Assembly (NCBI GenBank): GCA_050273025.1
Contig: CP158635.1
Coordinates: forward strand, 17,112,001 to 17,176,000
Source: Cenococcum geophilum
Lineage: Eukaryota
Length of the DNA stretch: 64,000 bases
Direction: 5' to 3'
The position numbers and the translations under genes were made by a program. Positions 24,780 to 39,404 of the stretch are shown here, one piece after another. The notes under the pieces are model-generated. The model was not told the origin of the DNA. It did no database searches and was given only the letters and a program-made list of their open reading frames with translations. The first letter of the stretch is position 1, and each line of letters begins with the position of its first letter.

Positions 24780-25640
24780 GAGTCTTGCGCTCTTAAGTAT
24801 TTAGGCTATAGCACCTTTCAGAACTTCAAGGACACTAAGGTATTCTATATTCAATATTAATATAAGGGCGTATGAATATTGATATTAAACCGCCAACTTA
24901 TATTAAACATTTTATTAAATATTAAATATTAAGCCAAGCTTATCTCAGGTGGCCTCAGCCGCTTCTCTGAGGAATTTGTGGCGTTGCATGGCCCCACTCT
25001 TCAAACTCGTGCAAACTCCTAAGCCAATCAGCGGCTTAGACTAACTCCTACAAAGCCAATAGAACCTCGCGCTACTCCTAGCCCCTCTATACCCCCTTAA
25101 ATTTCTCTATAAAGCATTTAAGAGATTAAAAACGCATATTTAGTATAATTTATATACTATCTTTAACGCGTATTAAATTTAAATAGCTATATTAAGGCTG
25201 ATTTAGTAGCTATTACTATAGTTTATAATATATTTATATTATAACCTCTCCTACCAATATATTCTACTTAATTAAATTAGCTAACTAATGTATTAAGAGG
25301 TAAAGTATAGCCTTAAATTTTAAAGAAGTATTTTTAACCCCATATTTATCTAACTACCCTTATTAATATACTTCTATTTACCCTTAAACTCTATTTTAAA
25401 TAGCTTATTTAACTTTACTATACTAATATAATATTAGTAGCGCGTTATTAGCTAGGTATACTCTTTTAGATACTTCTATAAACTTTTACAAACTTCTAGG
25501 CTAATTAAATAGCAAGGTTTAGGTCTAAACTAAAAAAAAAGGTAGGTAGTTAAAATAGACTATTAGGGTTAATAGTATAGAGCTTGGGGTGGGTAGTAGA
25601 GCCACCTATATTATAAATATTAGCTAATTATAGTTCTATT
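24780..25640. mobile_element. AT-rich RIP-degraded repeat relic, family not identified
   Basis: Abrupt drop in GC, TpA excess, no ORFs. Confidence 0.6.
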
Positions 25641-25644
25641 CTAA

Positions 25645-25900
25645 AGTGAGACCGTCGTCTAAAGTTAAGGCCTTGGATGCTCCATAGTTAATATAAATTC
25701 GCTTATAGATAAACTTGGCAATTGTCTTAGCTTTCGCGGCTGGCATAACGTGGTCAACAGCTATAATAATTCATTTGTTCCCGTTGTCGTTGGTTAGCGA
25801 CATTAATTCGTCATTACTCCCAGTCTTTCTCTTGCCTGGGCCTGGTTAATGGTAGGATGAATCTTGCAAAGTTGGGCTGGGCGAGTCCGGATAAGAACTA
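25645..25900 (-). mobile_element. Retrotransposon integrase core fragment
   Basis: Minus strand reads NGNK*IIIAVDH..PAAKAKTIAKFIYKRIYINYGASKALTLDDG, resembling the rve core with an internal deletion. Confidence 0.55.
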
Positions 25901-26104
25901 AGTGCTCGACTTCAAAAAAACTTTTGCTAAAGGCGAAGCCATAGAGTGTTGATCGTGCGGAGGTTAATGGTGTGATCAAAGGGCTGGATAATTTGACGTA
26001 CATTAGAATGGACAATAAGTAGCTTTAATAATTTCAAAGCACCTTTTATTATAAAGATAAAGATAAAGCCCGCTTAAAAGGAGGTAGATAGGGAGGTTAG
26101 AAAG

Positions 26105-29100
26105 CTAAGTAATGTCTATCTTAATAAAAGTTAAAGGGCCTGATGAATGCCCCAGTACAAGAAGAGTTTCCCAAACCGCTACTGCTGTTACTCTAAATTC
26201 CGGAGGAAGCCAAAGAATCTCGTCTTTACTATCGTCACACACCCACTCTTGCTTAATAAAGAGGTTGTGCGAAGGTATAGTCTGAGGTAAAGGTAAAGAG
26301 TCTAAAATAGTACGGCTTAGGTTAACCCGCCCTTTACTGGAGTTAAGATATAACCCATTAGGCGAAAAAGAAAGCTCCGTAATATACTCATCGACATTAA
26401 CAGATCTGCAGAGCGCCTCCGTTACAGAGTCCCAGAGCCTGACCGTTTCGTCGTCCGACGCCGACGCCACCAGCTGGCCGTCCGGTGAGAAGGCCACGGC
26501 CCTGACCCACCCTGTGTGGCCCTTGAGTGTGCTGCGGGCTGCCCCCGTCGCTGAGTCCCAGAGCCTGACCGTGTGGTCCTCCGACGCCGACGCTACCAGC
26601 TGGCCGTCCGGCGAGAAGGCCACGGCCCTGACCCCCCCTTGTGGCCCTTGAGCGTGCTACGGGCCGCCCCTGTCGCCGATTCCCAGAGCCTGACCGTGTG
26701 ATCCTCCGATGCTGATGCCACCAGCTGACCGTCCGGCGAGAAGGCCACGGCCCTGACCCCCCCCCTGTGACCCTCGAGCGTGCTGCGGGCCGCCCCTGTT
26801 TCTGAGTCCCAGAGCCTGACTGTGCTGTCGTACGACGCTGATGCCACCAGCTGGCCGTCCGGCGAGAAGGCCACGGCCCTGACCCCCCCCCTGTGGCCCT
26901 CGGGTGTGCTGCGGGCCGCCCCTGTTGCTGAGTCCCAGAGCCTGACTGTGCTGTCGTACGACGCTGATGCCACCAGCTGGCCGTCCGGCGAAAATGCCAC
27001 GGCGCTGACCCACTTCGTGTGGCCCTCGAGTGTGCTGCGGGCCGCCCCTGTTGCTGAGTCCCAGAGCCTGATCGTGTGGTCTGACGACGCCGACGCCACC
27101 AGCTGGCCGTCCGGCGAGAAGGCCACGGCGCTGACCGCATTCGTGTGGCCCTTGAGCGTGCTGCGGGCCGCCCCCGTCACCGAGTCCCAGAGCCTAACCG
27201 TGCTGTCGTACGACGCCGACGCCACCAGCTGGCCGTCCGGCGAGAAGGCCACGGCGCTGACCCACCCTGTGTGGCCCTTGAGCGTGCTGCGGGCTGCCCC
27301 CGTCGCCGAGTCCCAGAGCCTGACCGTTTGGTCCGACGACGCCGACGCCACCAGCTGGCCGTCCGGCGAGAGGGTCACGGCGCTGACCGCATTCGTATGG
27401 CCCTTGAGTGTGCTGCGGGCCGCCCCCGTCGCCGAGTCCCAGAGCCTGACCGTGCCGTCGTACGACGCCGACGCCATCAGCTGGCCGTCCGGCGAGAAGG
27501 CCACGGCCCTGACCAACCCCGTGTGGCCCTCAAGCGTGCTGCGGGCTGCCCCCGTCGCCGGGTCCCAGAGCCTGACCGTGTGGTCCTCCGATGCCGACGA
27601 CACTAGCTGGCCGTCCGGTGAGAAGGCCACGGCGCTAACCCACCCTGTGTGGCCCTCGAGCGTGCTGCGGGCCGCCCCCGTCGCCGAGTCCCAGAGCCTA
27701 ATCGTGCGGTCCTCCGACGCCGACGCTACCAGCTGACCGTCCGGCGAGAAGGCCACGGCGCTAACCCACCTCGTGTGGCCCTCGAGCGTGCTGCGGGCCG
27801 CCCCCGTCGCCGAGTTCCAGAGCCTGACCGTGTGATCCTCCGACGCCGACGCCACCAGCTGGCCGTCCGGCGAGAAGGCCACGGCGCTGACCTCCCCCGT
27901 GTGGCCCTCGAGCGTTTGCAATAAAGCACTCCAGTCCCTCTGCACTTTAGGATGCCTGCATATCCATCTTGGTATCTGGTCCTTAAACGTGTCTCTGACG
28001 ATACTCCTCTCTGGCGCAAAAATCAATGCCGATGAATACAGCTGAAGAGGCGCGTCCTCGATTATTGACCTATTCTTAAGGATAAATCGTTTCGCATCAT
28101 GAAGGAAGTTGAATAGCTGCGTGCTTCCTTTAGCCTGTGTTACATTTGTATTAGTGAGCAATCAGTGCATTATTAGTGGTCATACTTACCTCTAAAATTA
28201 ACTGCAGTATATCCATCATCGAGATGCTCTCGATTACGTTTCCTATAAGACTTAAGGCTTCAAGCCAATAGAGCAGACGCTCATAAAGAAACACATGAAC
28301 CCGATCCCCATCACAAATTGTAGTCTTGCTGTGCTCTAAGCGGTAGACCCAGTAGCGACATGCATATTGAACGTCTGGCGGTAGAGCATGTCCAACAGCT
28401 TTACTGTCGACCTTGCTTCGTCGCGTTCCGGGCCTCTGTAGATCGCAGATGTCCTGCTTAAGATGCTTCGATCTTGACAGTAGCTCAAGACACTTGTTGG
28501 CCAACATCTCATGCACATCTCTCTTATCTATCCAAAATAGACTCTTTCCCCGCTTTCGGGGATCGAGAAGGAAGTCTCGGAAAGAAAGATGTAGAAGTCT
28601 CACAGGAGTAGCCCGATTTGCAGGGACACTGAGAACAGAATGCAGCAAGTCTAGCCTGTAAGCAATCTCATCTTCTGGAATGCCGAGGAGATTCGCGAGA
28701 GAAGTAACTGAGAGAGGACTAGCAAGGACAACGATTGCCCCGACTACTTCTCGAAACTCTTTGGCCAGCCTTTCTTTCTCTGTCTCGTCTTGGTCAACAA
28801 GTAGCTGGTCTAGGATCGGAAGATACGTTTTGTCAAACTTCGACGCTTAGCTTGCTGTTTAATGTTCAAGAATCGTGATCAACCGCTTCTTCGGGTCCCA
28901 TCTTGGATCTCCAACAAATCGACACACAGTCGCTGCGAAGATAAAAAGTGGAATCGCCATCTCAGTAAGAACACGGATATTCGCTTCTCCAGGCCAGTCA
29001 ACAGGTAGCCGGCGGTCGACTCGTATCCTGGTTAACTCGTGCGTTAAGAAAGCGGAGATGTCGTGTTCAACCGTCGCCTTGGGTATTTCATGAAGAAGGA

Positions 29101-30318
29101 AATCCTGATATATTGCTCCTGCCATTTGCTGAAAACCGAGGCGGATTGGTAGCTCTGGCCTGCTTGTCACAAATACCCGCAGACGTATCGGCTTTACGTC
29201 CTTAGCCTGTGCTAGAAGCTGAAGGATTGCTCGTATATCCTCTTCTCGCTCACACTCGTCTAACGCATCGATTACAACGACTAGTACTAAGGTGGTATGC
29301 GGAGAAGCTCGCTTCATTCCAGACAGCGGATAAAGGACAAGCTTCTCGAACTGATCTTTAAGAGCCTTTTCGGAAATGGCAGGGTCAGCATGGATCGCTT
29401 TTCTTATGCTAGGTGTTAGCTCCGGCATACAGGATATTAATTGTGTTGCGATAGTGGTAAAGAATCTCGTCGCGCTGCCGCGATCGCCCTCCCCTCTCTT
29501 AAAGAAAAAGCTGGCTCCTAGCACATCCCAATTTGCAAAGGACTGGGCTACAGTCCGAGCGATCGTGGACTTCCCGGTGCCAGCCATACCACTCAGCCAG
29601 AATATACATTTGCCATCGGGGTCTTCTACCCATTTTATAATATGACGCCGCAGCTCAACTCTTGTCTCCTCAAGACATCTCGCATTGTGTTCCTCATCAT
29701 GCGAATCAAAGGAGGTTCCTTTTGCGGTGGGCAGTTTGGCTAAATCAGCGTTCTGGTCCGTCAGATCTACCTTTCGATAGACAGCATCAGCCTTAATATT
29801 TGAGTGATCTAGCTTCTGATCGAGGTCGATCAGAACGCCACTGGCCCATAAGATTAGAAGTTATCCTCATCTACAACAAGACGAACATGTAAGGCTTACG
29901 TTTGATCGACTTGGAGTGCTAAAGAGAAAGTCTGCTCGTATTTTTCAAGACTACCAACAATCTTTTTCACCTCCTTGCTTGTAAAAGGCCATTTCAAAGC
30001 TCGCACTCCAAACCAGCTCATAACCTTGCGAGTTTTCCCCGGATCCAGCTGTATTTTTAGCTTTTCTAGCAGCAGAAGACAATCCTTAAGCGAGTCCAAT
30101 AATTTGTAAGTGACCGAAAGTCGCGTTTTGTCCCGCCCATCTAACAGCTGTTTAATTCCTCCGACAATATCTTTGATACCATCAACCTTCCCTTGAAGGC
30201 GTTCAATATCTTCCTTGGCATTCTTAACAGCGACTAAGTACTGGAAACAAAGCGAGGCGATTTTAGCGGATAGGTCGACCACAGCGATGGCGCTTGCTGC
30301 CCCCGACAGACCATCCAT
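26105..30318 (-). pseudogene. Fungal NLR: HeLo-like/SesA-like N-terminus, NACHT and WD40 repeats (HET-E/NWD-like), disrupted
   Basis: MDGLSGAASAIAVV...LKWPF N-terminal domain, CLEETRV...FWLSGMAGTGKST, VVVIDALDEC, and 12 WD40 repeats. Introns at 29899-29841 and 28189-28135. In-frame TAA at 28859-28861 and 28847-28849, and a 1-nt deletion near 26635. Confidence 0.88.
26400..27915 (-). repeat. 12 near-identical 126-bp WD40-coding tandem repeats
   Basis: Unit [42 protein letters not shown], repeated at the DNA level. Confidence 0.95.
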
Positions 30319-30831
30319 TATGCGAAGTATTGACAAGGTACCAGGGTCAAGAGCGGGGCTAGACGGTTGAGGACCAGCGTTACGGCGGTAGTATAGGGCA
30401 CCTAATCACTTAAAGCATGTCAGTTAGAGTATCATAATAATGTTGAAATATATGGCCCAAATTACCATAACATACATTATGTACATGCCGAGTGTTGTGG
30501 GTGCCGAAATGGCGTAGAAGAGAGGAGCGGGGATGCATCATGAGCTGAAGGCGCGGTGCGCAACCAGTTGTTTTACAAAGAGCAAAGTGGCGGGCTCACA
30601 GCTCGGCAAGGTCAGAAAGTTGAACGGGGTCAGAACCTTTCAGACCACGCTCAACTTCTGACCCCGCTGAGCTTTATGCATATACAGTGCATATACAAAA
30701 CAATTTTATTTTATTTTATAGAATTTAAAGTATTTAATAAATAAAAATTATAAGTTATATGCGTGGCATATGTGGGGCATATGCCATGATAAAATTAATA
30801 ATTTAAGTTATTAAAATATCCCCGCATATGC

Positions 30832-30878
30832 AGTGTATAGACTTAGCATATACTACGTATATGCTGAGTCTACACACT
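30832..30878. repeat. 22-bp-arm hairpin in an AT-rich relic
   Basis: AGTGTATAGACTTAGCATATAC-tac-GTATATGCTGAGTCTACACACT, with two transition mismatches. Confidence 0.7.
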
Positions 30879-31332
30879 ATACCAAATTTATCTTCATTTT
30901 AGAGATTTTACTAGGAAGCGACGTCGCATAATGCTTCTTTCGCAATTCTTCCTGCTCTGAAGTAGTGACTGCCTCCCCGCTGGCAAGCGCTATTTCATTC
31001 GAATTAATTGTTCGATTGAAAAAGCCATACACCAAGGAGCTCATCCAATCCATGGGTATGGAAACAACGAATCCAGTGAATGCCGATAATGACAGTGCGG
31101 AGTGGGGGACTTTGAGGTTTAGGCAGACTGCAGACCTGTAGCAAGAGAATTGCAAAAGCCTCTTAAATTATTTACGCAGATGGAATAATAGTTAAGGTTG
31201 CAATACTGTTGGGAATGAATGGTAGAAAAAGTTATATACGTATCATACAGGATAGGTGAGGTCGCGAAGGTTAAATAACTCCTATAGAGAATAAATACTG
31301 TCATAATAGAACGCAGTTTCAAGAACGTCTTT

Positions 31333-32622
31333 TTACTTTTGCACCCGCTTCCATCTAATAATTCTAACTTCGAACTCATTGGGGTCAGGTTTTACAGAAG
31401 GAGAGCCCAAGCCAACAGCTTGTCCGTCCGGAACCTGTATATCCTGGGGTTCTCTCCAAGGAATTCTCCCACTACGATAGCTAAAGGCCTGAGAGCTACC
31501 ACGTTTGTCATGCGAAGCGCACAGCCTCCAAGTTGACGATTCAACCTTCCCAGCGTATTTAAGTTCGTGGTGTTCGCCCATTGGAAACTTCCATGTCTTT
31601 GCAGACTGGACCACGTTGTCAAGCTGGGACTTCTTCGCAGCGAAGGTTTCAAGGACCAGGGTGAATTCTTTCAGGCTTTGAAATTTGGAAATGGTATTGC
31701 CCCAACAAAGAGGGTCAGTATAACCTCTCCACGGTCCTCGTCTTCGGTCTTCAGCCAATTGAAGCATGACTGCAGTGGTGGGGCGGTTGCGCGCGCTGCC
31801 GTCGCCGATGCTCGGGTCTAAGCCAAGCTGGCTTCGAATGTTGGTGGGGGCATCAGTCCAAGTCCACCAGTCCGTACGGCTCATCCGAATTGTCAATTTG
31901 ACCAGAGGACGGGCTGTCATGGGCTGATTAGGAAGCGCTGGGTTATCGAGAGAGTTTTCCAGGGATTTAGTCGTTTCAGCTTGATCCTTCTGCTTGAGTC
32001 CGAACAGGTCGAAAGCGGGCATTGCATCGGAAGCTTGAAGCTGCGCACGATTGAAGTATTGGGCCAGGACTATAGCTCCTCGATGACGCTCGGCTGCTTT
32101 ATAAGCCGGAGCATAGTTCCTGAATGCAGAGCCCTCTAGTTGTGTCTGCTGCATGCTGATTTCAAGGGATTGTATAAGAGCAAATTGCCACGGCGCGAGC
32201 TTCAAAACTTTAGGCGTCGCAATATCAGTATTCGGAGATGTGCGTATCCCATGGATTATGACGGGATTGAGAATGTATGCTAGCTGGTAGGCTTCAAGGT
32301 AGGCTGCTCGGCAAGTCAAGAGCAAGTTGAACGCAATGTTTGGTTTCGGGAGAGTGTATTTCCATTCTCGTCGGACTGGCTGGTCTTGATTAGGATGGTT
32401 GTTATCATCCGTAAGCGCATATTCGTAGATGATGTCTCGAAGTTCTTTGGGCAGGATCGAGAAGAGTGGAGATGACTCCTGTAACCGCACTTTGACTTTT
32501 CCCAGTAGATCGAATGCAAGTGGTTGAACAGGTTTCCTGTATACTCTGCAGGACTTTATTGTGCCAGCTGCCTTACAGCTAAGGCAGCCTGAGCCGTCAC
32601 TGGACTCCACATTGCAAGGCAT
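31333..32622 (-). CDS. Hypothetical protein with N-terminal Cys cluster and F-box-like motif (429 aa)
   Basis: Intact intronless ORF. MPC...CLSC...C, then SPLFSILPKELRDIIYEYAL and LLLTCRAAYLEA. Confidence 0.7.
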   Translation of the reverse strand: MPCNVESSDGSGCLSCKAAGTIKSCRVYRKPVQPLAFDLLGKVKVRLQESSPLFSILPKELRDIIYEYALTDDNNHPNQDQPVRREWKYTLPKPNIAFNLLLTCRAAYLEAYQLAYILNPVIIHGIRTSPNTDIATPKVLKLAPWQFALIQSLEISMQQTQLEGSAFRNYAPAYKAAERHRGAIVLAQYFNRAQLQASDAMPAFDLFGLKQKDQAETTKSLENSLDNPALPNQPMTARPLVKLTIRMSRTDWWTWTDAPTNIRSQLGLDPSIGDGSARNRPTTAVMLQLAEDRRRGPWRGYTDPLCWGNTISKFQSLKEFTLVLETFAAKKSQLDNVVQSAKTWKFPMGEHHELKYAGKVESSTWRLCASHDKRGSSQAFSYRSGRIPWREPQDIQVPDGQAVGLGSPSVKPDPNEFEVRIIRWKRVQK

Positions 32623-33178
32623 CTCCTCTCCGAAATGATGTCGAAGCTATAATGTGGTGGCGTTGGGTGCAACGATCTGACTCCCGGAGTGGCTGCCTGT
32701 GACGAAGCAGGGGCGGTGTGGATAGTGGGAATGAAGAGTAATAGACCAAGAGACACGCGGATCCGAGAAGGGTTGTCTTACTTCTACCGTAACGTTCAAG
32801 GGCTGGAAAGAGGGTGCGCTGGGTTTTTAAGGCGGGGTAAAGGTGAACTGCTGCGCCGCCTGTTGCCTAATTCAACCCTAATTCCTGGAACGACTCACGC
32901 GCAATGAGGCACAGCGCGGGAAGCTCCCTGGTACCTGCCTACCTAGCTCCTTATGTACTGCAGGCCAAGGCGGTGTTCTGCCCAATACCGGTACACCGCC
33001 CGTTCCGGAATATTTCTGTCTCATTCCGGAACAGATCGTCCTTAGAGAGGAATAAATCGTGTATCGCTTTTAGCGGCTTTATTCCGGATTAATTGCTTTA
33101 TTCCAGAATAGATCTTTTAAAGATTAGGCTCATTTCTCGGGGAGATTTAGTTGGTTAACAAGGAGCAGTGTGCCCGCC

Positions 33179-33263
33179 CGTGCGCGTAGTGCACGTACCA
33201 ACGGCCCCCCGGGGGTCTGATTTATGGGATGGGTGGATCGTTGGTACGTGCACTACGCGCACG
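33179..33263. repeat. Perfect 25-bp inverted repeat (small MITE or hairpin)
   Basis: CGTGCGCGTAGTGCACGTACCAACG at 33179-33203 and its reverse complement at 33239-33263. Confidence 0.8.
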
Positions 33264-33552
33264 TGCATACTGGCCAGGCACGTACAACATGGGCTTTTTC
33301 ATTTCATCGGAGGAAATGTTCACTAAGAATTCAGAATATGGAATATAGAAGCACCTTCTGCGCTAAGTTGCTCGCCGGATATTTTGTGAGGTTAAAAACT
33401 AAAACCGCTACATAATACTGACCATGACGTCCTGCGGTGGAACATGTTTTGTCCGCTGCTCCGTCTTCCCAACCAAGAAAGATGACGTCTGTTGAAATCT
33501 CAATAGATTTTTCGACTGGACACGATTGTAGCTTTTGGAGTTTATTGTCCAG

Positions 33553-35876
<2,324 letters not shown>

Positions 35877-36350
35877 GCGGACGTCAAGGTATTAAAAGGT
35901 AACGAGTACAACAATGAAGGCCAGCTAAATAAATGAACCCATCATGACAGAATAACTCCAAGAAAATCAGTAACGACATTAATGAGATGAACTCCCTTTT
36001 AGGGATAGATATAGAATAGAATTTTGGCCCACCAGGTTTTCACTCTAAGTTAGCTGCAAAGGATACCCCCGCAAAATCCTCCAGAGGTAAGAATTGCCTA
36101 CCGAAATTCAGAAGCTACGTCTGTGATGACCTTACAGAGAAGTTACTATGCTGATCGCAATGCCACTGTGGTCCAAAATGATAACCTTTCTAAAGGAATT
36201 CCCGCCGCTAAAGCAAGCAGGGCCATCCCACCAGACTCACCAATCCGGAAATAAAGATTCCTAACTCTAACTGTACCCTCATTTAGTTCCCTAAAAGGAC
36301 TAGTGAGATTCTCGAGCATGATATGAGAGGTCAAAGGGTAGTTGAATGGG

Positions 36351-37160
36351 CTACTTCTCAGTTTCCACTACTCCGGTGAGTTTCTCCTTGATATCAAGTG
36401 GGTGTATTTTTCGACCAGTTTTATCGAAAAAAGCAGAGGCGATACGAGGCCAGATATCTCTTTGATCGCGGTGGAGGAGGCGGCTGAGAAGGATGAGCTA
36501 GAACTTACGCAATTAGTAAATGAAGCTATGACAAATGCTTGGCGGGAATCCAAGGACTGGGAGCTAATTGTAGGAAGACACGGCGCTAGAAATATGAGCG
36601 AGAATCAGTCACATACCTCATCCGCACTGAATATGTCATCCTCCACCAATTCTACCAAATCTCCGCTCTCCTGCGCCACCTCCACCACCGCAGGCTCTTC
36701 CTCCACTTCTTCAACCTCTTCCACTGGCCTAGGGTCTTGCTGCTTCCCCTTCCAGCCCTTATTCCCTTTATCCTTGCCCTTATCCTTCGGTTTGCTCATA
36801 TTCGCCTTACTCACGCCACCGTCCTTCGGTGGCACAGCAACCTCCTCGGCTGGCTTGATCTCTTTGAACCGGTTCTTGATCACCCAGTGCGGCTTACCCA
36901 GCGCGATGCCGATCTCTTTCCATGACCTGCTTTCTTCCAGCTTTAGCTTCAGCAACACGTCGTCTTGGGCCTTGGTGAAAGTCTGCTCGTCATCGGCTGT
37001 CGGATTTGGGGCTTCGACAGGAACGGGAGGCGGGGTAGGGTCTTTTACAGGCTCTTCTGCAGGCTTTTTTGCTGGTTCTTTGGCGGTCTCAGTGGGGGGA
37101 TTGGCTGGCTGGGTGGTTTCGGCTGGTTTGGAGGATTTCGAGGTGACGGGTTTCTGGAAA
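36351..37160 (-). CDS. Myb/SANT-like domain protein, 5' end not resolved
   Basis: FTKAQDDVLLKLKLEESRSWKEIGIALGK..VIKNRFKEI. After an intron (~36614-36507) it continues WPRIASAFFDKTGRKIHPLDIKEKL...EK*. Confidence 0.6.
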
Positions 37161-38622
37161 AGAGATTAATTACCTATGAGTGTCTGTATGGATGTGATGA
37201 GTCAATAGTGAAATCCTAGTGAAATCTGGGCTGACAACTTCTTTGAGCAACCGGTTGACTTTGATAGGTGAGTGTGGAACTGCGCTCGTTTAGAGCTCTT
37301 TTAAAGATGGGTGACGTTGCTAGCGTAGCTGCAAGTGCTTCAATTTTCGAGTATCGTTGACAAATATCTTCCGAAAAGAGGATGCTATGGACTGGAAATA
37401 AAAAGTGCCGCAGATACGTGTGGGATACTTTCCAATGGTGCGGTTTTCACAAGCCTTTATAGACCGAAGAAATTGTTCCAAAAATTCCATCTTCCTGACA
37501 TGGGAATGCGGGAATGCGGGAATGCAGATGAGACTTCTTCTGCAGAGTTGAAAGATTGAATGTCACCATGTTCTTCCGGAGATAATAGGAGAGCTGGCGT
37601 ATTGTGAAATGCAACCCAAAAATATCTGGTAGTTTGTATTCAAGGAAGAAAGAAACCCTAGACTCACAGCGGGGGCTGACTTCGAAGCCAGTGGTTTTGA
37701 ATATATTGACTTGGAACCGGCCGCATAAGCAAGAAGCGACGCCCTTGAAATCTTCCGAGGAGCGTCGTTGCGTGAAGCCATCATGAAATATTTATTTGAG
37801 AATTATGAGGGTGAGAGTAGATGATTGGAGGATGTTCGTCTGCAAATAGATTAGGCCGGATTTGACAGGAAAGCAATTGGCAGTCTCCCGTGGTGCTGAG
37901 CACGTGTAGTGACTTTCACGGATGTCGATGAGTCGATCAGAAGAGTCCGCATATCATCGGGTTCATTTGAGACACTCGGTTAAGCAAGATTGTAATGATT
38001 ATTTTCCTGGGCATGAGCTTCGGTTATAGGGCGGACAGAAAATACCCATTTAACAATCTATTCCGATGGTGCTCATACGAACGATCGTGTTTGCAAATGA
38101 ATTACGGGAAAAGAATTAGTGTTTTCAGAATCGTGCTAAGGCACTGAAGCCTCCGTCAAAAGCTCGACAACTGCACGTTCCCTGGGTGAGATCAACTCTA
38201 TGGGGACTTTAAACTGACTTGTTGTAACAACATGAACATCGGAAAACCATCCCTATGAAATTTCTATTTTTGACAAAAACACGAAGGATGGTTTTAGGAG
38301 ACACGAACTGGTCACTAGATGGATATATCATTCATTGGCAACAGGCGTAAACGGTCAAAATTAGGCCGGCATAGTGTGTAGTTAGAATTTTTCTAGGCAT
38401 TTCGAAGAAAGGTTATGCCATTCACCCATTGATATCTCCTAGTATATGGGCCTCCACGTATTGTGAGTAGTTTAGAGGTGATCTCGAAATCAATGGAGCT
38501 CGAAGCCGCACGGGCCGAGGTTTCTCCGATTAAACAACTGGCATCTCGAACTCCTGGAAGACACCAAGAAATTATTCACGCTTTCAGTCATAAACACCGA
38601 GGCAGACAGATATCATTTTAAG

Positions 38623-39404
38623 ATGCTGCTCTCTGCTGTTGCAATTATTGCAGCCGCGAGTGGCCTGCTGGGTCTCTCCTCCGCCCACAACATTCAGATG
38701 AAGGCGCATTCACGAGAATGTTTCCACGAGCAACTGCATAAGGATGACAAGATGACTGTCACGTTCCAGGTCGGCGATCGGGAGTTTGGTGGAAGTGGGA
38801 ATTTGGAGCTTGACTTCTGGGTATATTAACTCTGTCTCTGAAATATTCGGCCTCGACGGATCGCTAATTGCATGTTCTAATGAAGATCCAAAACCCCGCG
38901 AATGCCTACCAAACCCACGAGCGCGGTGTATCCTCCGGCGACCACTCTTTCGTCGCAGGCATGGATGGGCGATATACGTATTGCTTCAGTAATGAACATT
39001 GGTCCGCGAACACTAAGGAGGTCTCGTTCAACGTGCATGGTATTGTCTACGTACCCGAATCGGAAGCACCGCAAGACCCGTTAGACAAAGAAGGTTCGTA
39101 GATCAATTTTGAACAGCTTGAATTCGGGCTGATAGCGTTGCTAGTTCGTCAACTTTCGGAGCTAGTCGCGCAGGTCAAGGACGAGCAAGGATACATCATT
39201 GTACGAGAACGGACCCATAGAAATACTGCAGAGAGCACGAACGCACGTGTTAAATGGTGGAGCATTTTCCAGCTTTTGGTTTTACTGGCAGAGGGTGTTT
39301 TCCAGGTCTGGTGGTTGAAGAGGTTTTTCGAGGTAAGACATGTAATTTAAATCTGTCCTAAAAATAATGCTGACAGTTTTGTTTAGGTTAAGCGGGTTGT
39401 ATGA
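38623..39404 (+). CDS. EMP24: p24/GOLD family COPII cargo receptor
   Basis: Signal peptide, RECFHEQL, YTYCFSNE, RERTHRNTAESTNARVKWWS, TM segment and tail FFE|VKRVV*. Three introns. Confidence 0.9.

Noticed and set aside
26780..27736. 318-aa plus-strand ORF and other alternate-frame ORFs over the WD40 array
   Set aside because: Antisense or shifted-frame shadows of a GC-rich 126-bp repeat.
36342..37169. 275-aa plus-strand ORF
   Set aside because: Antisense shadow of the minus-strand Myb-like gene.
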